Assembly: GCA_963665665.1 (NCBI GenBank)
Contig: OY762428.1
Span: forward strand, 1,792,001 to 1,856,000
Direction of reading: 5' to 3'
Source: Candidatus Kapaibacterium sp.
GTDB lineage: Bacteria; Bacteroidota; Ignavibacteria; Kapaibacteriales; UBA2268
Length of the DNA stretch: 64,000 nucleotides
Under the pieces are notes generated by a model. That model was given only the letters and a program-made list of their open reading frames with translations. It did not search any database and was not told where the DNA came from. Of this stretch, positions 47,424 to 58,298 are shown piece by piece (within the stretch, counting starts at the first letter, position 1; each line of letters opens with the position of its first letter). Made by a program: the position numbers and the translations under genes.

Positions 47424-48044
47424 TTGATGACTTTGAAAAATAAATATAAAGACAATCTTCCCAACCTGATTTTCAGTTTCATTCTTGTCCTGATTGTCAG
47501 CCTTAGTTTTTCCCGCTTTCTGATGTTCGTGGAATCCAGGCCGGGATCGCTGCTTGCCGACCCGGTACTGGCACTTTTCGAGCCTATTGACCTGACATAT
47601 TATACATTCGGAATTCTGTACGGGGCGCTGATTATGGCAATTTTATCGGTAGTGAAAGATCCGGCAAGTCTGGCGCTGGCGATGAAGGCCTACGCTATTA
47701 TGCTGCTGATACGCGCCGTGTTGATGTATGTTACCCCGCTCGAAGCCCCTGAAAAACTAATAGTACTTGAAGACCCCTTCGTGAAATTATTCAGCGACGG
47801 TGTGGCTTTGCGTCGCGACCTGTTCTTTTCCGGGCATACTTCCACGATGTTCCTTTTATTCCTAACGGTAAAATCCAAATTGCTGAAAGCCCTGCTGCTA
47901 ATGGGAACCGTTGCTGTTGGTGCCTGTGTTATATTGCAGCATGTCCATTACTGCGTTGATGTAGCAGTTGCACCACTTGCCGCATTTGCAGCATGGAAAA
48001 TTGCCGGAAAGATCTGGGGTGGGAAAGAAAATGGGAAGAAGTGA
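47424..48044 (+). CDS. PAP2-superfamily, sphingomyelin-synthase-like membrane protein
   Basis: Multiple TMs; 'DLFFSGHT' and 'HVHYCVDV' motifs. Confidence 0.8.
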   Translation: MMTLKNKYKDNLPNLIFSFILVLIVSLSFSRFLMFVESRPGSLLADPVLALFEPIDLTYYTFGILYGALIMAILSVVKDPASLALAMKAYAIMLLIRAVLMYVTPLEAPEKLIVLEDPFVKLFSDGVALRRDLFFSGHTSTMFLLFLTVKSKLLKALLLMGTVAVGACVILQHVHYCVDVAVAPLAAFAAWKIAGKIWGGKENGKK

Positions 48045-48141
48045 ATCAATCCAAATTCAAGATAATTTATCCATTAATATCAAATATTTTCTTATTTTTA
48101 GCAAATACTTTTTTACAATAATTTTGACAAGAGGAGAAATT

Positions 48142-49572
48142 ATGCGATGCTTAATTATTATAGCAGTTATATTATTCAATACTTCATTAGGAATATTTGC
48201 TCAAAATTATCAAACAGTAAATTCTGGAAGAATTCAATATTTCGGGCGATTGGAGCCATATGTTAGATTTCCAATAAAGGCTGCAAAAGTTGATTCGGTG
48301 AAGTATGACAAAGATTCAATTCTATACCTGAACAACAATATTCATAAGATCCATGAAAATTGTTACACACCATACGGAGCTTCCTTGCTTGGCTCAAAAA
48401 TTAAAATTGACAAAGACTGCAGGAATATTTTCTATAACAAATTTGGTCATGAAATTGTTATTGACACAAAAGCCGGATTGAATGATTCCTGGGAGTTTAT
48501 TTATGCAGAGGATTCTACTAACGGGTATGCAGAAGTAACTGAAATAAAAGAAATGGACTTTTTAGGTTTTACCGATACTGTTAAAGTTATAGAAGCTCAT
48601 GTTGAAAATGAGATTGATTCCAAAGAATATAATTTTGAAATTATACTTGGAAAGAACTTGGGATTAATTCAAACTGTCGATATGTTTAATTTACCCTTTT
48701 ATAAGAATATATATGAAAACAATGTAGATATACATTACCAATTAAAGGGAATATCCAGCCCGAGGCTGGGTTCAAATGATATGACCTGGCTCGAGGTAAA
48801 TGATTTCTATCCCGGTGATGAGATTCATATTCATTACAATTACTGGGAAGTCAGGGATACCTCAATATATAAATACATTGACAGGGTTGATTACAAGGAT
48901 TCCGTTAAATATACTTATACCAAAGAAAGCCTGAGAAGAATATCTAATTCGGATGGTCATGTTGATATAGAATATTCTCTTGATACTCTTGAAAAAACAT
49001 TTTATCCGGATATAAATTTTGACAAACCCGTGGGGCAACCGATAATATATGGTAATTTTATGTCATTATATAGCCTCGGAGATGCACAAGATGATGAAAA
49101 ATTTGAATATAATCATCCATATATTTATTACCGTCGCCAGGATTCTTGTTGGGAGTTAAAACATAGTGAAGGTTATGGATTTTCCAAATATGTAAGAGGT
49201 TTGGGAGGACCTTATTATAGGTTATATATTGAACCGGTTGAAAAACTTAGAAAAATTTTATATTTCAAAAAAAGAGATACAACATGGGGCGAACCCGTAG
49301 TTATTACTGCAAAAGAGGATGTACCTGCTACAGATGAAATTCTTGTTTATCCAAATCCATGCAGCGATTACCTGGTTTTTAGAAATACTCAAAATAATTT
49401 TGGGCTGAAGTTCGAATTATTTGATATGAATGGGGTTAAGATTTTTTTCAGCGCTATAAAGCAGAATACCGGAATACAGCTTCCGGTATTGTCTAACGGA
49501 GTTTATCTATACAGGATAAGCAATTCATTCAGAATTCTGAAATCAGATAAACTTGTAATTATCAGGGATTAA
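48142..49572 (+). CDS. Secreted protein with T9SS CTD
   Basis: Start at ATG 48142 after an AGGAG RBS; signal peptide; 'VYPNP...LSNGVYLYRI...KLVI'. Confidence 0.82.
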   Translation: MRCLIIIAVILFNTSLGIFAQNYQTVNSGRIQYFGRLEPYVRFPIKAAKVDSVKYDKDSILYLNNNIHKIHENCYTPYGASLLGSKIKIDKDCRNIFYNKFGHEIVIDTKAGLNDSWEFIYAEDSTNGYAEVTEIKEMDFLGFTDTVKVIEAHVENEIDSKEYNFEIILGKNLGLIQTVDMFNLPFYKNIYENNVDIHYQLKGISSPRLGSNDMTWLEVNDFYPGDEIHIHYNYWEVRDTSIYKYIDRVDYKDSVKYTYTKESLRRISNSDGHVDIEYSLDTLEKTFYPDINFDKPVGQPIIYGNFMSLYSLGDAQDDEKFEYNHPYIYYRRQDSCWELKHSEGYGFSKYVRGLGGPYYRLYIEPVEKLRKILYFKKRDTTWGEPVVITAKEDVPATDEILVYPNPCSDYLVFRNTQNNFGLKFELFDMNGVKIFFSAIKQNTGIQLPVLSNGVYLYRISNSFRILKSDKLVIIRD

Positions 49573-49577
49573 ATTCT

Positions 49578-50027
49578 GTGAGTATTAACCTTATTCAAAT
49601 AATAGATGATATTATCATTTTTGGCGAGCTTTATCAGGATATTCCTGATAAAGAGACTATCCTGGAAGAAAAATTAATAAGATTGTATTCTGCATATTTT
49701 GACTTGAATAATTTGAGTCATGAAAATTCTGATAATGAAACAGAAGGATTCGATTATTATAATATTCGTATGATTGTCGATGAGAATTTTCCGGATTTTG
49801 GTTATTATAATTCTGTGCTGAATATAAAAGCGCCAGAGGAAGATATTTTAGCCGGCATGGGAGATTCCGTAGATGACCTGACAGATATTATCATTGATTT
49901 AATAGAAATTAAAACCCGTTATATCAATTTTGGGATTGAAGATGCTGTTGGCCGGTTTTTGATTTCCTTTGAAACGCATATAAAGCAGCATCTGATAAAT
50001 TTATTAAACTATATCCATAATAAATAG
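49578..50027 (+). CDS. DUF5063-like hypothetical protein
   Basis: 'FPDFGYYN...GDSVDDLTDIIIDL...SFETH...H' pattern. Confidence 0.55.
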   Translation: MSINLIQIIDDIIIFGELYQDIPDKETILEEKLIRLYSAYFDLNNLSHENSDNETEGFDYYNIRMIVDENFPDFGYYNSVLNIKAPEEDILAGMGDSVDDLTDIIIDLIEIKTRYINFGIEDAVGRFLISFETHIKQHLINLLNYIHNK

Positions 50028-50037
50028 TCCAAAAACA

Positions 50038-50070
50038 AATCATCCGATAAGGGCATGTCATCGGATGATT
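50038..50070. repeat. Inverted repeat of the TCATCCGATGA family between convergent genes
   Basis: AATCATCCGAT...ATCGGATGATT. Confidence 0.6.
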
Positions 50071-50096
50071 GATAAAATTCAATATTATGAAATTTT

Positions 50097-53000
50097 TTAC
50101 CTGCCGCCGCTGATAGATATCCTGATATCAAGGCCAAGCTGGTGGGTACTGAATCCCGGCTGTGCAGCGCCCTCGGTAAATGTACCCTCGTAGCGGTAGA
50201 ATAGCGAGGCTGTAACACGCTGGCTCATGGAATACCTGGCGCGCGGCTCGATAATCAGCTGTGTATTGCCGTCAAGGGTGCGGCCTTCGTTGTCAGCGCC
50301 TTCGTAGCTGGCTGTATCCAGGATATCGAATGTGGCTCTCTGGTTGGATTTATAAGTCAGGAGCAGGCTCCATTCAAAATCATTTTTAAATGTGAATCCA
50401 AGAAAAGGAAATTCAAAACTGCGCATTGTATAACTTGCCTGAAGAGATATTTCCTCGGTTGCCTGCTTGGAAATAGTGGACTTGTTGGATGATACCATCT
50501 GGTAATTAGTTGTGGAATTCCACCTGAACGTTGCCGTCAGCAAGCCGCCGAGTTTTTTCTCGTCGAATCCAACAGTAACGCCGATCAGCGGCTGGAAGCC
50601 AAATTGTATCTGCTGCCCCTGCACGGCGCGCCCGTTATCAGTGATCTGGGCATTTTCCTGGTATTGGGACTGATAGGCATGCTCGAATGTAACCCTTTTA
50701 GCATATCCGTCCCAGATACCCCATTTTTCGATACCTTCCCAGCGTAGTCCCCAGTTGACTGCCGGAAGGAACTTACCTGCTTTGCCGCCTATCATGCTGA
50801 ATGTTTCAAGCCCGTCGTGGAAAGATTCAGCAAGTGCATTTTGCAATGCCTGGTTTTTCTTTACTTCATCATTGGGGAACGCCGCCTCGATAACGGCTGC
50901 TCTTTCGTTGTAAAGAGCAACAACATCCTCGATTGTTGAGGAGCCGAAAAGATTCATCCCAAGTATCGGCGGGAATGCCAGGTATGTTTTATTGAAGGAT
51001 TCCATAGCAACAATATTGGTAAATGTAGGATTTCCTTCATCATCTGTTTCAACTGTCTGGTTTTTGTTGTATCCAAGGTCAGTCTGCCAGTTCAGGTCAA
51101 GTGTGGCACCTTCCCAAAGCGGCCTTGTAGTCTTTATCTGCAAAGAAGTAGTTTGCGAGAAGTTATCCTGAAGAACAGCATTGGGCGGCCTCAGCCCGGT
51201 TTGGGTTTCAAATCCGAAGAATGGGAAGTTGCTTGAACCAACCATGCTGTATGATCCGTGCGGATTGGATATAAGGCCAAGCTGGTATGCCATACTCGGG
51301 CCGAATAAATTCCTGCTGTCGCGGAACATAGCCCCGCGGCTCCAGAAGTTATCAAGTCCCGTACCTCCGAATACACCGGGATTATTAGCAGAATTTGTCT
51401 GGGTAATATTAATATCTATCTTGTCGTAATCCAGGAATATCGTTTTAAATATTTTACCAACAGTGCTGAAGAAATCGCTCCCGCCTGCTGATGTTGTATC
51501 CGGAACTTTGAAAGGCACTTTTCGTTGGTCTCTGATTCCAAACCATTTATCGGCCATGGATTTCAAACGGATACCCGTATTGAACCTGATATTATTGGTA
51601 AAGCTGGCCTGCTTTGCTATATCCCTTGTCTCCGGGTCGGCCTGCAATGGATTATACCATGAATAATTCGTGGTAAAAGAACCGTTCATATCAAGGAACT
51701 GATTCATTCCTCCGATATTTGGCAGAGTTGGCTTAAAGTTTAAAGTAACTGATTGGGTGTGTTGGTTATTACGCCCGAAATCAATTAGTTTGCCATCGTT
51801 GAACAGGATTTTCTTGGCCAGCTCGCTGCCTGTTCTCTGCATTCCGTCATCATTTAGTTCGTAAGGCACCAGGGTGGAATTAGTATTTACAGAGTAATCC
51901 AGCCTGGGATTTAAAAATCCGTTCTCAGCAAATTTCCAGGAGAACTGTATATTTCTCATTGCCGAGAAATCCCTGAGAACCGGACTTGGTATGTCAAGGA
52001 AGCGGGATTGTTCGGTGGTTCTGCGACGTGCCATATCCAGCCCTGCAGAAAAGTTCGATGGGAGAAGATTGATCTTCACATCCTTATAAGTATCAAGTAT
52101 GGGCGTTTCGGCAGCCCATGTTAAAGGTTGGAATTCCAGGTATCTTGGCAGATTGGTTGAATATTGCGCGGTAAGTTTCCATATCCAGCTGAATCTTTGG
52201 GCAACAACCGGCGACCGTTCGAATTCCTGGGAATATGAATAGCCGAAAGTCATTTTATTCAGGGTTTCATTTATAAGGAAAAATTCCGTTGGTATGCCAA
52301 GCTGAACACCGGTTAAAGCCCAGCTGTCCTGCACTTTCAATGTTTGTGATTCGCGCCTGTAAGAATCAGCCAAAGCGTCTGCCTCGCCTTCAGTTGCCCC
52401 GTTATCAAGAGCCTGCTGCCTGATATTATTTGCAGCCTGGTCCAAAAGAATATCGTTATTAGCTTCATATTCCGGATTCTCGTAGAACTCGGCGTGAGTA
52501 TATGTAATCGGAATTTTCATTTTATTAAAACTTTTCGGAGCAAATTTTTCAAGATTTCCCTGCATGGCCACAGACCAGTTGGATGATGTTATCCTGTCGC
52601 CGAATCGTTCCTCCAGCTTATGGAAATTTGGCTCGGCCCTTTGGAAGGATGCGTTGATCGAGCCAAGATCAGCCAGCTTTACATCAAGATTGGAAACACC
52701 TGCCCAATCAACAGATCTTTCAGGGCTGATAAGCCTGAGCTCATCCACCCACATACATGTTGTCAGCTCGTTAGGGAAACGCTCGGAGGGGTTATAAATA
52801 CCAAGCCCGAAGAATTGAACCCTTGTCAGGATTGGATTACCCTTTATAGCAAAAGAGCCTGTCTCGTCTGATGAAGGAAATACCTGCCTGTCCCATATAC
52901 TTGAAGTATCCCTTATCTGTTTGAATGAAGTAAGTTCGCTTAATTCAACTTCAATATCCTGCCATCCCCTAACAAGTGGCCTGCGATATTCATAGTAGTT

Positions 53001-56000
53001 TGCCGAATCAGTACCGAACCTTACAAAGGCGTAAGCTTTGGGAATAGCATTATTGGCAAGGTAATCGGGCATGGAGCCGTCACCGTGAATGAAGAATTTC
53101 ATTTTTTTATAATTAAAGATATCCAGGGGACGGAAAATCCTTACGGCCATTCTTTCCTCGCCATAACGCAGGTTTTTAACACATACCGATATTGATTGTT
53201 CGTTAAGGTAAATATCCTGGTTAGGATCGGGATTGTTGAGCTGTTTTGGTGGCCGGACACCAGGAGGCATAGTGTAGAAGTCAGGTTCGCCGCTGTTTTC
53301 TTCCCTGTTTACGAAAGCAATGGACATAACACTGTCATTTGCCGGAACATCAGACTGGAAGTTGGATATTCTCTGCCACTGAGAACCAACAAGTCGCCAT
53401 TGGGCAATCTGTGCATTGATCATACCACCCTTGAAATATACCCTGATATATTGAATATTAGAGAACAAGGGATTTCCAACCCTGCGGGATGGTTTCCTTA
53501 TCGGAATCCTGTAAAGATACCAGCCGTTATTACCTCCACCCACAATCTGGCTGTTTGTTTGCGGATCAGGATTCAGTTCAATTTCGTAGCTGAAATAACT
53601 GTTGTCAAGAGAAATTGTCTGGCCGTTGTTTGTATTTAAAATTTCAGTATCCGGGAACTGGCCTATTTCAGAAACCCTGGCATTACCCTCGAAGTTGTTG
53701 TAACGGTCGAAATCAACTCCAAGCGCATCCCTTGTCTGGTCGTCTTTTCCGAAATTAAAGTAATAATCATCCTTTGCAGGGTCATCTTCCTGATCCAGGG
53801 GAGGCGGATAAAATTCTTTTTCCTGTTCGTTGAACCAACCGTCAATACCCCTGTCCTCGCCAACATCGATTATATTATTCGGAAGCGGGTTGGCATCAGT
53901 GGAACCGTCCTCTGTATCAGTTGTCTGGTTGGGGATAATATCCTCGCTGATCTGCCCGAGATCAATATACATTTGCGTTCTGCCGGGCTCGTAATTATTC
54001 AGCCTCATCATCACTTCAATATATTCGATATTTTCCGTATCAAAGTTTGTATTGAATGATGAGAACAGACGCTGCATACCTGCCCATATCCTTTCGCGGT
54101 TTTCAGGTTGAGCGGAGAATTTTGGGAAATTATCGTATTCAGGATTAAGAGTATCAAGGTATTCAGGATTTTTATTATAAATACCGCGAATATCCGGATC
54201 GAAATATATTTCCAGGGGGTTCAGGTTTGAACGGCCCTGAACTGTTGACCTGTTGGGGTAAACTTCCTTAATAGGTACGCGGGGAATAAAGAACTGCCAC
54301 CAGCGCATTTTACCACGATACAAGGCAGCTTCCTCATCAGTAAAAGCAATTGAACTATCCTGTGGCTGCGATGAGTGCTGCCATAATGTCGGGTTCAGCC
54401 CAAGCGTGATATATCTTTGTGCTCCTTCAAAATCATCGATATAAACCACTGGTTCGTTGTTGTCCGATGTTACTTCCGAGAGCCTTTTGTTTGGTTCAGG
54501 AAGAACCAAAGCCAATTCGCCTCGCAGCTGAACTGATGACTCCGCCTTTGTGGAGAAGAAAGGCAGTGCATCAAGTGCCCGTGTAATAAATGGTGTAGTC
54601 CAGAGAAGTTTACCGTCAATTCCAAACATAGTGTTTGATACGGGCTCTTCACCGATACGAACGCGATCAATTATTGCCGACTGGTCGTAATGCATAATTG
54701 TAAAGCCAAGCCCGGCATCTATCTTCCTGTTTTTCACCAGCAGGTAATCCCCCCTTACTCCCGCGAGCGTTCGGGTGGAGATGTTGAATATATCGTGCTG
54801 TTCGTATTCTATTTTCAAGTTGGCGTTGGGAAGCCCTGCCGCCTGGTTCCTGAGGGTAAGTGTACCGGCATAATAGTCAACTATATAGTCTTCATATTCG
54901 CGAAGTTTTCGTCCGTTCAATGAAACTTTCACTGATCCGGGCGCCAGGTTGAAAGCTCCGAGAGAAATCCTGTTTGTTGACCTTCCGGAAAGTTCGCCGG
55001 TAATCACGAACCTGTCGCGGGCAGTATTCCTGCGGGCAACATCGTAAGTTGTATCGTAAATTTCTCCGTAGGTATATTGCTCGGCAAGTTCGGCATTGCC
55101 CTGGGCTGCGAAATAATCGATAAGTCCGCCACGGAATGGTTCCGGATGAGGAAAAACAATTTCGCCGTATCTTTCATCAAAGAAGGGAGGCTGAAGGTCA
55201 AATTTACCATCGGGAGGAGCGGCGCCTGTACCATTTGTATAGCGGTCAACACCAAAAATTGAAACCAGCTTATCTGGTGCTCCTTCAAGAAGGTCGGTTG
55301 AATCATTAGATTTATTTATATACCAGATACCGATATTTGTTTCGGCTTTGTTGATGTTTGTGGCATTCATTGAATAAATATTCTTCATCTGCCTTGCCCA
55401 GAGCTTGCTGAACTGGGGCTGAAGGTTCGGCCTGTATATAAGTTTCAGGATAATAGTATCTTTAGTATTCTGATTAACTGAAAACTCACCAAAGTATTCA
55501 TCATCATCCGGAGTATCAGTTCTGATACCTTCAGTTCTGTATGCTACAGCATAGGTACGATCTTCTCGAAGATTGTAGATTGTAAGAGTTCCAAGATTCC
55601 TGTCATAACGGTAACGAGTTGTATCCAATCTTTGAAAACGTCCTCTTTCAACTTCACCGGACACAATAGGACTCTGCTTCATAGCATCAGGATAAGCTTT
55701 AATTGGCGAAGTATTATCCCCGGCAAAAACTGAATCAAGAGTAGCAAAGGCTATAGCCTCGGATGAATGAACTTCACGCACATCATTTGATGATTCCCAA
55801 ACTTCAATTTCCTTAATTCTCATTTTCTTAGGTTCAACAAGAATACTGTCATTATTGTTGCCAGCCATTTTAAAAGGGCTGGCTGGAATAACAGGATATC
55901 TTTCAAAATACTTAGTATAAATACCTTTGTATCGGGTATCCAGGAAAAAGTGATTTTTCGCAAAATCATAGGCTCGTATCTGGAAGTACTGCTTGTTGGC

Positions 56001-57062
56001 TCCGCCGCGAACGTCAACGAATTTTCTTTCGCCACGCCTTTGCGAAAACAATGTCTTTAGGTATAAGGGGCCGAACTGGAAATCCGCCCGAACACCAAAC
56101 AGTGCCTGGCCTCCGCCGATCAGTTGGGATTGAAGAGGAAGTGTTACATTACCCACCTCAACCAGTTTTATTATATCATCGTCGTAGCCTTCGTAGCCGA
56201 TCTTGAATTTATTGTCGTAATCGAATGTTCGCCTTGTATTCCAGTCAGTGCTGAGTTTTAATTTATCACCGATACGGCCGGATACATTCACTCGAATATC
56301 CTGGCTGAACATCGGGGTAGCCTGGGACTGCCCAAATGCCGAAACCGTACCAAGGTTCTGAGTATCCCAGCGAAAACCCATCCTCAGGTTAACTTCACCA
56401 TTCACGTTGATGCTGATTTCCGGTTTTCCGAAAATACCGATAACCGGGTTTGGGGGAACCGGAATTGTCAAACCGGTAGCCTGCCCTATAAGGCGGGCAA
56501 TATCGCCGCCGGAAAGCGCTTTTTTAATATCGTAATCAGTCAGAAGAGAATCCCACACTGCATTGCGCAGCTTATCTTTTCTGTCAGCGAGATATTCGTC
56601 AAGATCCATTTCATAAGGGTAGGATACATCCACGCTGTCGAGAAGATCCCTGCGAAGCATTTTATTTCCGGTAGTATCCATTAAAATTGAACTTTGATAA
56701 CCTTCAGGATTCAACTGATCATCAGTTCCGAATTTATAATTATCCTCGCCAACACGCCTCATAGGTTTATGATCATAAAGAAGCGGCTTGTCGGAATATT
56801 TCGAATTGGTATCAATAGTTTTCCTCAGGCTGTCTAAGTATGTATCCGATGAATCCGGCAGAGTAACCTGCTGCGGGAGCATGAATATAAAGGGAATGTT
56901 CGAAAAGAAATTCGAACCGAACAGGCTGTTGAATTGCAGCCATGAGAAACTATAATAATTTGCATGCAGGGTATTACAGCCCGCTTCGTGCACGTTTGTT
57001 GTCAGGGCGAAAATAATGAAGGCCGACAAAGTGACTATTTTTTTTATACTGCTACTACGCAA
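50097..57062 (-). CDS. sprA: Type IX secretion system outer-membrane translocon SprA
   Basis: 2321 aa; 'GRIGDKLKL', 'YEGYDDDIIKLVEVGNV', 'LFGVRADFQFG', 'YIDDFEG', 'IDLGQISEDI', 'WVDELRL'; C-terminal beta-strands. Confidence 0.95.
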   Translation of the reverse strand: MRSSSIKKIVTLSAFIIFALTTNVHEAGCNTLHANYYSFSWLQFNSLFGSNFFSNIPFIFMLPQQVTLPDSSDTYLDSLRKTIDTNSKYSDKPLLYDHKPMRRVGEDNYKFGTDDQLNPEGYQSSILMDTTGNKMLRRDLLDSVDVSYPYEMDLDEYLADRKDKLRNAVWDSLLTDYDIKKALSGGDIARLIGQATGLTIPVPPNPVIGIFGKPEISINVNGEVNLRMGFRWDTQNLGTVSAFGQSQATPMFSQDIRVNVSGRIGDKLKLSTDWNTRRTFDYDNKFKIGYEGYDDDIIKLVEVGNVTLPLQSQLIGGGQALFGVRADFQFGPLYLKTLFSQRRGERKFVDVRGGANKQYFQIRAYDFAKNHFFLDTRYKGIYTKYFERYPVIPASPFKMAGNNNDSILVEPKKMRIKEIEVWESSNDVREVHSSEAIAFATLDSVFAGDNTSPIKAYPDAMKQSPIVSGEVERGRFQRLDTTRYRYDRNLGTLTIYNLREDRTYAVAYRTEGIRTDTPDDDEYFGEFSVNQNTKDTIILKLIYRPNLQPQFSKLWARQMKNIYSMNATNINKAETNIGIWYINKSNDSTDLLEGAPDKLVSIFGVDRYTNGTGAAPPDGKFDLQPPFFDERYGEIVFPHPEPFRGGLIDYFAAQGNAELAEQYTYGEIYDTTYDVARRNTARDRFVITGELSGRSTNRISLGAFNLAPGSVKVSLNGRKLREYEDYIVDYYAGTLTLRNQAAGLPNANLKIEYEQHDIFNISTRTLAGVRGDYLLVKNRKIDAGLGFTIMHYDQSAIIDRVRIGEEPVSNTMFGIDGKLLWTTPFITRALDALPFFSTKAESSVQLRGELALVLPEPNKRLSEVTSDNNEPVVYIDDFEGAQRYITLGLNPTLWQHSSQPQDSSIAFTDEEAALYRGKMRWWQFFIPRVPIKEVYPNRSTVQGRSNLNPLEIYFDPDIRGIYNKNPEYLDTLNPEYDNFPKFSAQPENRERIWAGMQRLFSSFNTNFDTENIEYIEVMMRLNNYEPGRTQMYIDLGQISEDIIPNQTTDTEDGSTDANPLPNNIIDVGEDRGIDGWFNEQEKEFYPPPLDQEDDPAKDDYYFNFGKDDQTRDALGVDFDRYNNFEGNARVSEIGQFPDTEILNTNNGQTISLDNSYFSYEIELNPDPQTNSQIVGGGNNGWYLYRIPIRKPSRRVGNPLFSNIQYIRVYFKGGMINAQIAQWRLVGSQWQRISNFQSDVPANDSVMSIAFVNREENSGEPDFYTMPPGVRPPKQLNNPDPNQDIYLNEQSISVCVKNLRYGEERMAVRIFRPLDIFNYKKMKFFIHGDGSMPDYLANNAIPKAYAFVRFGTDSANYYEYRRPLVRGWQDIEVELSELTSFKQIRDTSSIWDRQVFPSSDETGSFAIKGNPILTRVQFFGLGIYNPSERFPNELTTCMWVDELRLISPERSVDWAGVSNLDVKLADLGSINASFQRAEPNFHKLEERFGDRITSSNWSVAMQGNLEKFAPKSFNKMKIPITYTHAEFYENPEYEANNDILLDQAANNIRQQALDNGATEGEADALADSYRRESQTLKVQDSWALTGVQLGIPTEFFLINETLNKMTFGYSYSQEFERSPVVAQRFSWIWKLTAQYSTNLPRYLEFQPLTWAAETPILDTYKDVKINLLPSNFSAGLDMARRRTTEQSRFLDIPSPVLRDFSAMRNIQFSWKFAENGFLNPRLDYSVNTNSTLVPYELNDDGMQRTGSELAKKILFNDGKLIDFGRNNQHTQSVTLNFKPTLPNIGGMNQFLDMNGSFTTNYSWYNPLQADPETRDIAKQASFTNNIRFNTGIRLKSMADKWFGIRDQRKVPFKVPDTTSAGGSDFFSTVGKIFKTIFLDYDKIDINITQTNSANNPGVFGGTGLDNFWSRGAMFRDSRNLFGPSMAYQLGLISNPHGSYSMVGSSNFPFFGFETQTGLRPPNAVLQDNFSQTTSLQIKTTRPLWEGATLDLNWQTDLGYNKNQTVETDDEGNPTFTNIVAMESFNKTYLAFPPILGMNLFGSSTIEDVVALYNERAAVIEAAFPNDEVKKNQALQNALAESFHDGLETFSMIGGKAGKFLPAVNWGLRWEGIEKWGIWDGYAKRVTFEHAYQSQYQENAQITDNGRAVQGQQIQFGFQPLIGVTVGFDEKKLGGLLTATFRWNSTTNYQMVSSNKSTISKQATEEISLQASYTMRSFEFPFLGFTFKNDFEWSLLLTYKSNQRATFDILDTASYEGADNEGRTLDGNTQLIIEPRARYSMSQRVTASLFYRYEGTFTEGAAQPGFSTHQLGLDIRISISGGR

Positions 57063-57449
57063 TGATTTTCAATCGATAATCCAACATGTTTATTTGTTCC
57101 GCAAAACCTTTCCTTTTACCCGAAAGGTATGTAATCAAAGATCATTCCATTTTGTTATCCGGAATGTTGCACCGGATAAACTTACAAATATATAAATCGT
57201 AGCAGTGTTTTTCTAATAATCACCTTAAATAGTTAACATTTTCCAAATATTAATTTAGCGTACTTTGCAGCTAAAAACAAATAAAAAAAGAAAACAAACA
57301 AAATTTGGCTTTGATTATGCAAATACCGGGCCCTAAATGACTGCAAAGAGCTTATTAATTTCGAAAATTTCTAACTTCTTGTTTCAGACTGATTGGTAAA
57401 GGATTAATTGTAAAAAAAATTACGAAGTATAGAAACAAAGTGGGTTGCT

Positions 57450-57872
57450 TTATAACAACTGCCTTGATCTCAGAAAAATTTCAGGAGTCATTGCTGCAAT
57501 ATTGCCGGGTTTGTAATCCTTCAGATTCCTTGTAATAATAACATTGATATCTCCATGATACATTGCGGAATAGTGTTGGAGGCCGTCTTCAAAATCTTTA
57601 AATTCCGAAAATAAGGCTTTGACTACAATATCCTTATTCATGGTCAGTACATCTGTAATTCTAAGTAAATATTTTAATTTATCAATTGTTTCCTTGTGAG
57701 AAGCTGCTTTTCTTAGTAAATAATAAAGATTGCTGATTATCACCGGGGTAACAAAACCTCTGATAATTTTTTTCTCACAGAGGGCAAGAATTCCTGAAGA
57801 ATGGTCTGAAAAAGGTTTCCTGTCAAAAAGAACATCAATCAGAACATCCGTATCAATTAAAATTTTAATCAT
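57450..57872 (-). CDS. PIN-domain (VapC-like) toxin
   Basis: 'ILIDTDVLID', 'DFEDGLQ', 'ITRNLKDY'. Confidence 0.9.
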   Translation of the reverse strand: MIKILIDTDVLIDVLFDRKPFSDHSSGILALCEKKIIRGFVTPVIISNLYYLLRKAASHKETIDKLKYLLRITDVLTMNKDIVVKALFSEFKDFEDGLQHYSAMYHGDINVIITRNLKDYKPGNIAAMTPEIFLRSRQLL

Positions 57873-58122
57873 TTATATTATATTTCTTAACTAATTCTTT
57901 TGTCAATTCATCTTTATATTCAAATTCAGATGGTGCTTTAAATGATCCACGCAGTGAATCAGTTATAGGTGTTAATTCTTCAATGTTTACATGTTCGGTT
58001 TCAGAAATCATTTTTAAATAATTTTCAACAACTTCCGACAAACTTTTACCATTTTTCTTAACGTATTCTTTGGCTTTGTCAATAATTGATTCTTCTATTG
58101 TTAGTGTCAGCTTTCTGTTCAT
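57865..58122 (-). CDS. DUF6364-type RHH antitoxin
   Basis: 'KLTLTIEESIIDKAKEY....GKSLSEVVENYL'; overlaps the PIN start. Confidence 0.85.
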   Translation of the reverse strand: MNRKLTLTIEESIIDKAKEYVKKNGKSLSEVVENYLKMISETEHVNIEELTPITDSLRGSFKAPSEFEYKDELTKELVKKYNIND

Positions 58123-58298
58123 ACCGGTCACTTTATTAAAAATTTTAGTTCTGTTTTTTAAAACGTATAAATTTTCTAATTATTACACGTGTATATCAGG
58201 TAATAGTATTTCAGTTACCTACTCCGGAGAATTTGAGCCTAATGAATAAATCCCTTTTTTGTAAATTGCAATGTTGAATAAATACTAATCCGGAAATT

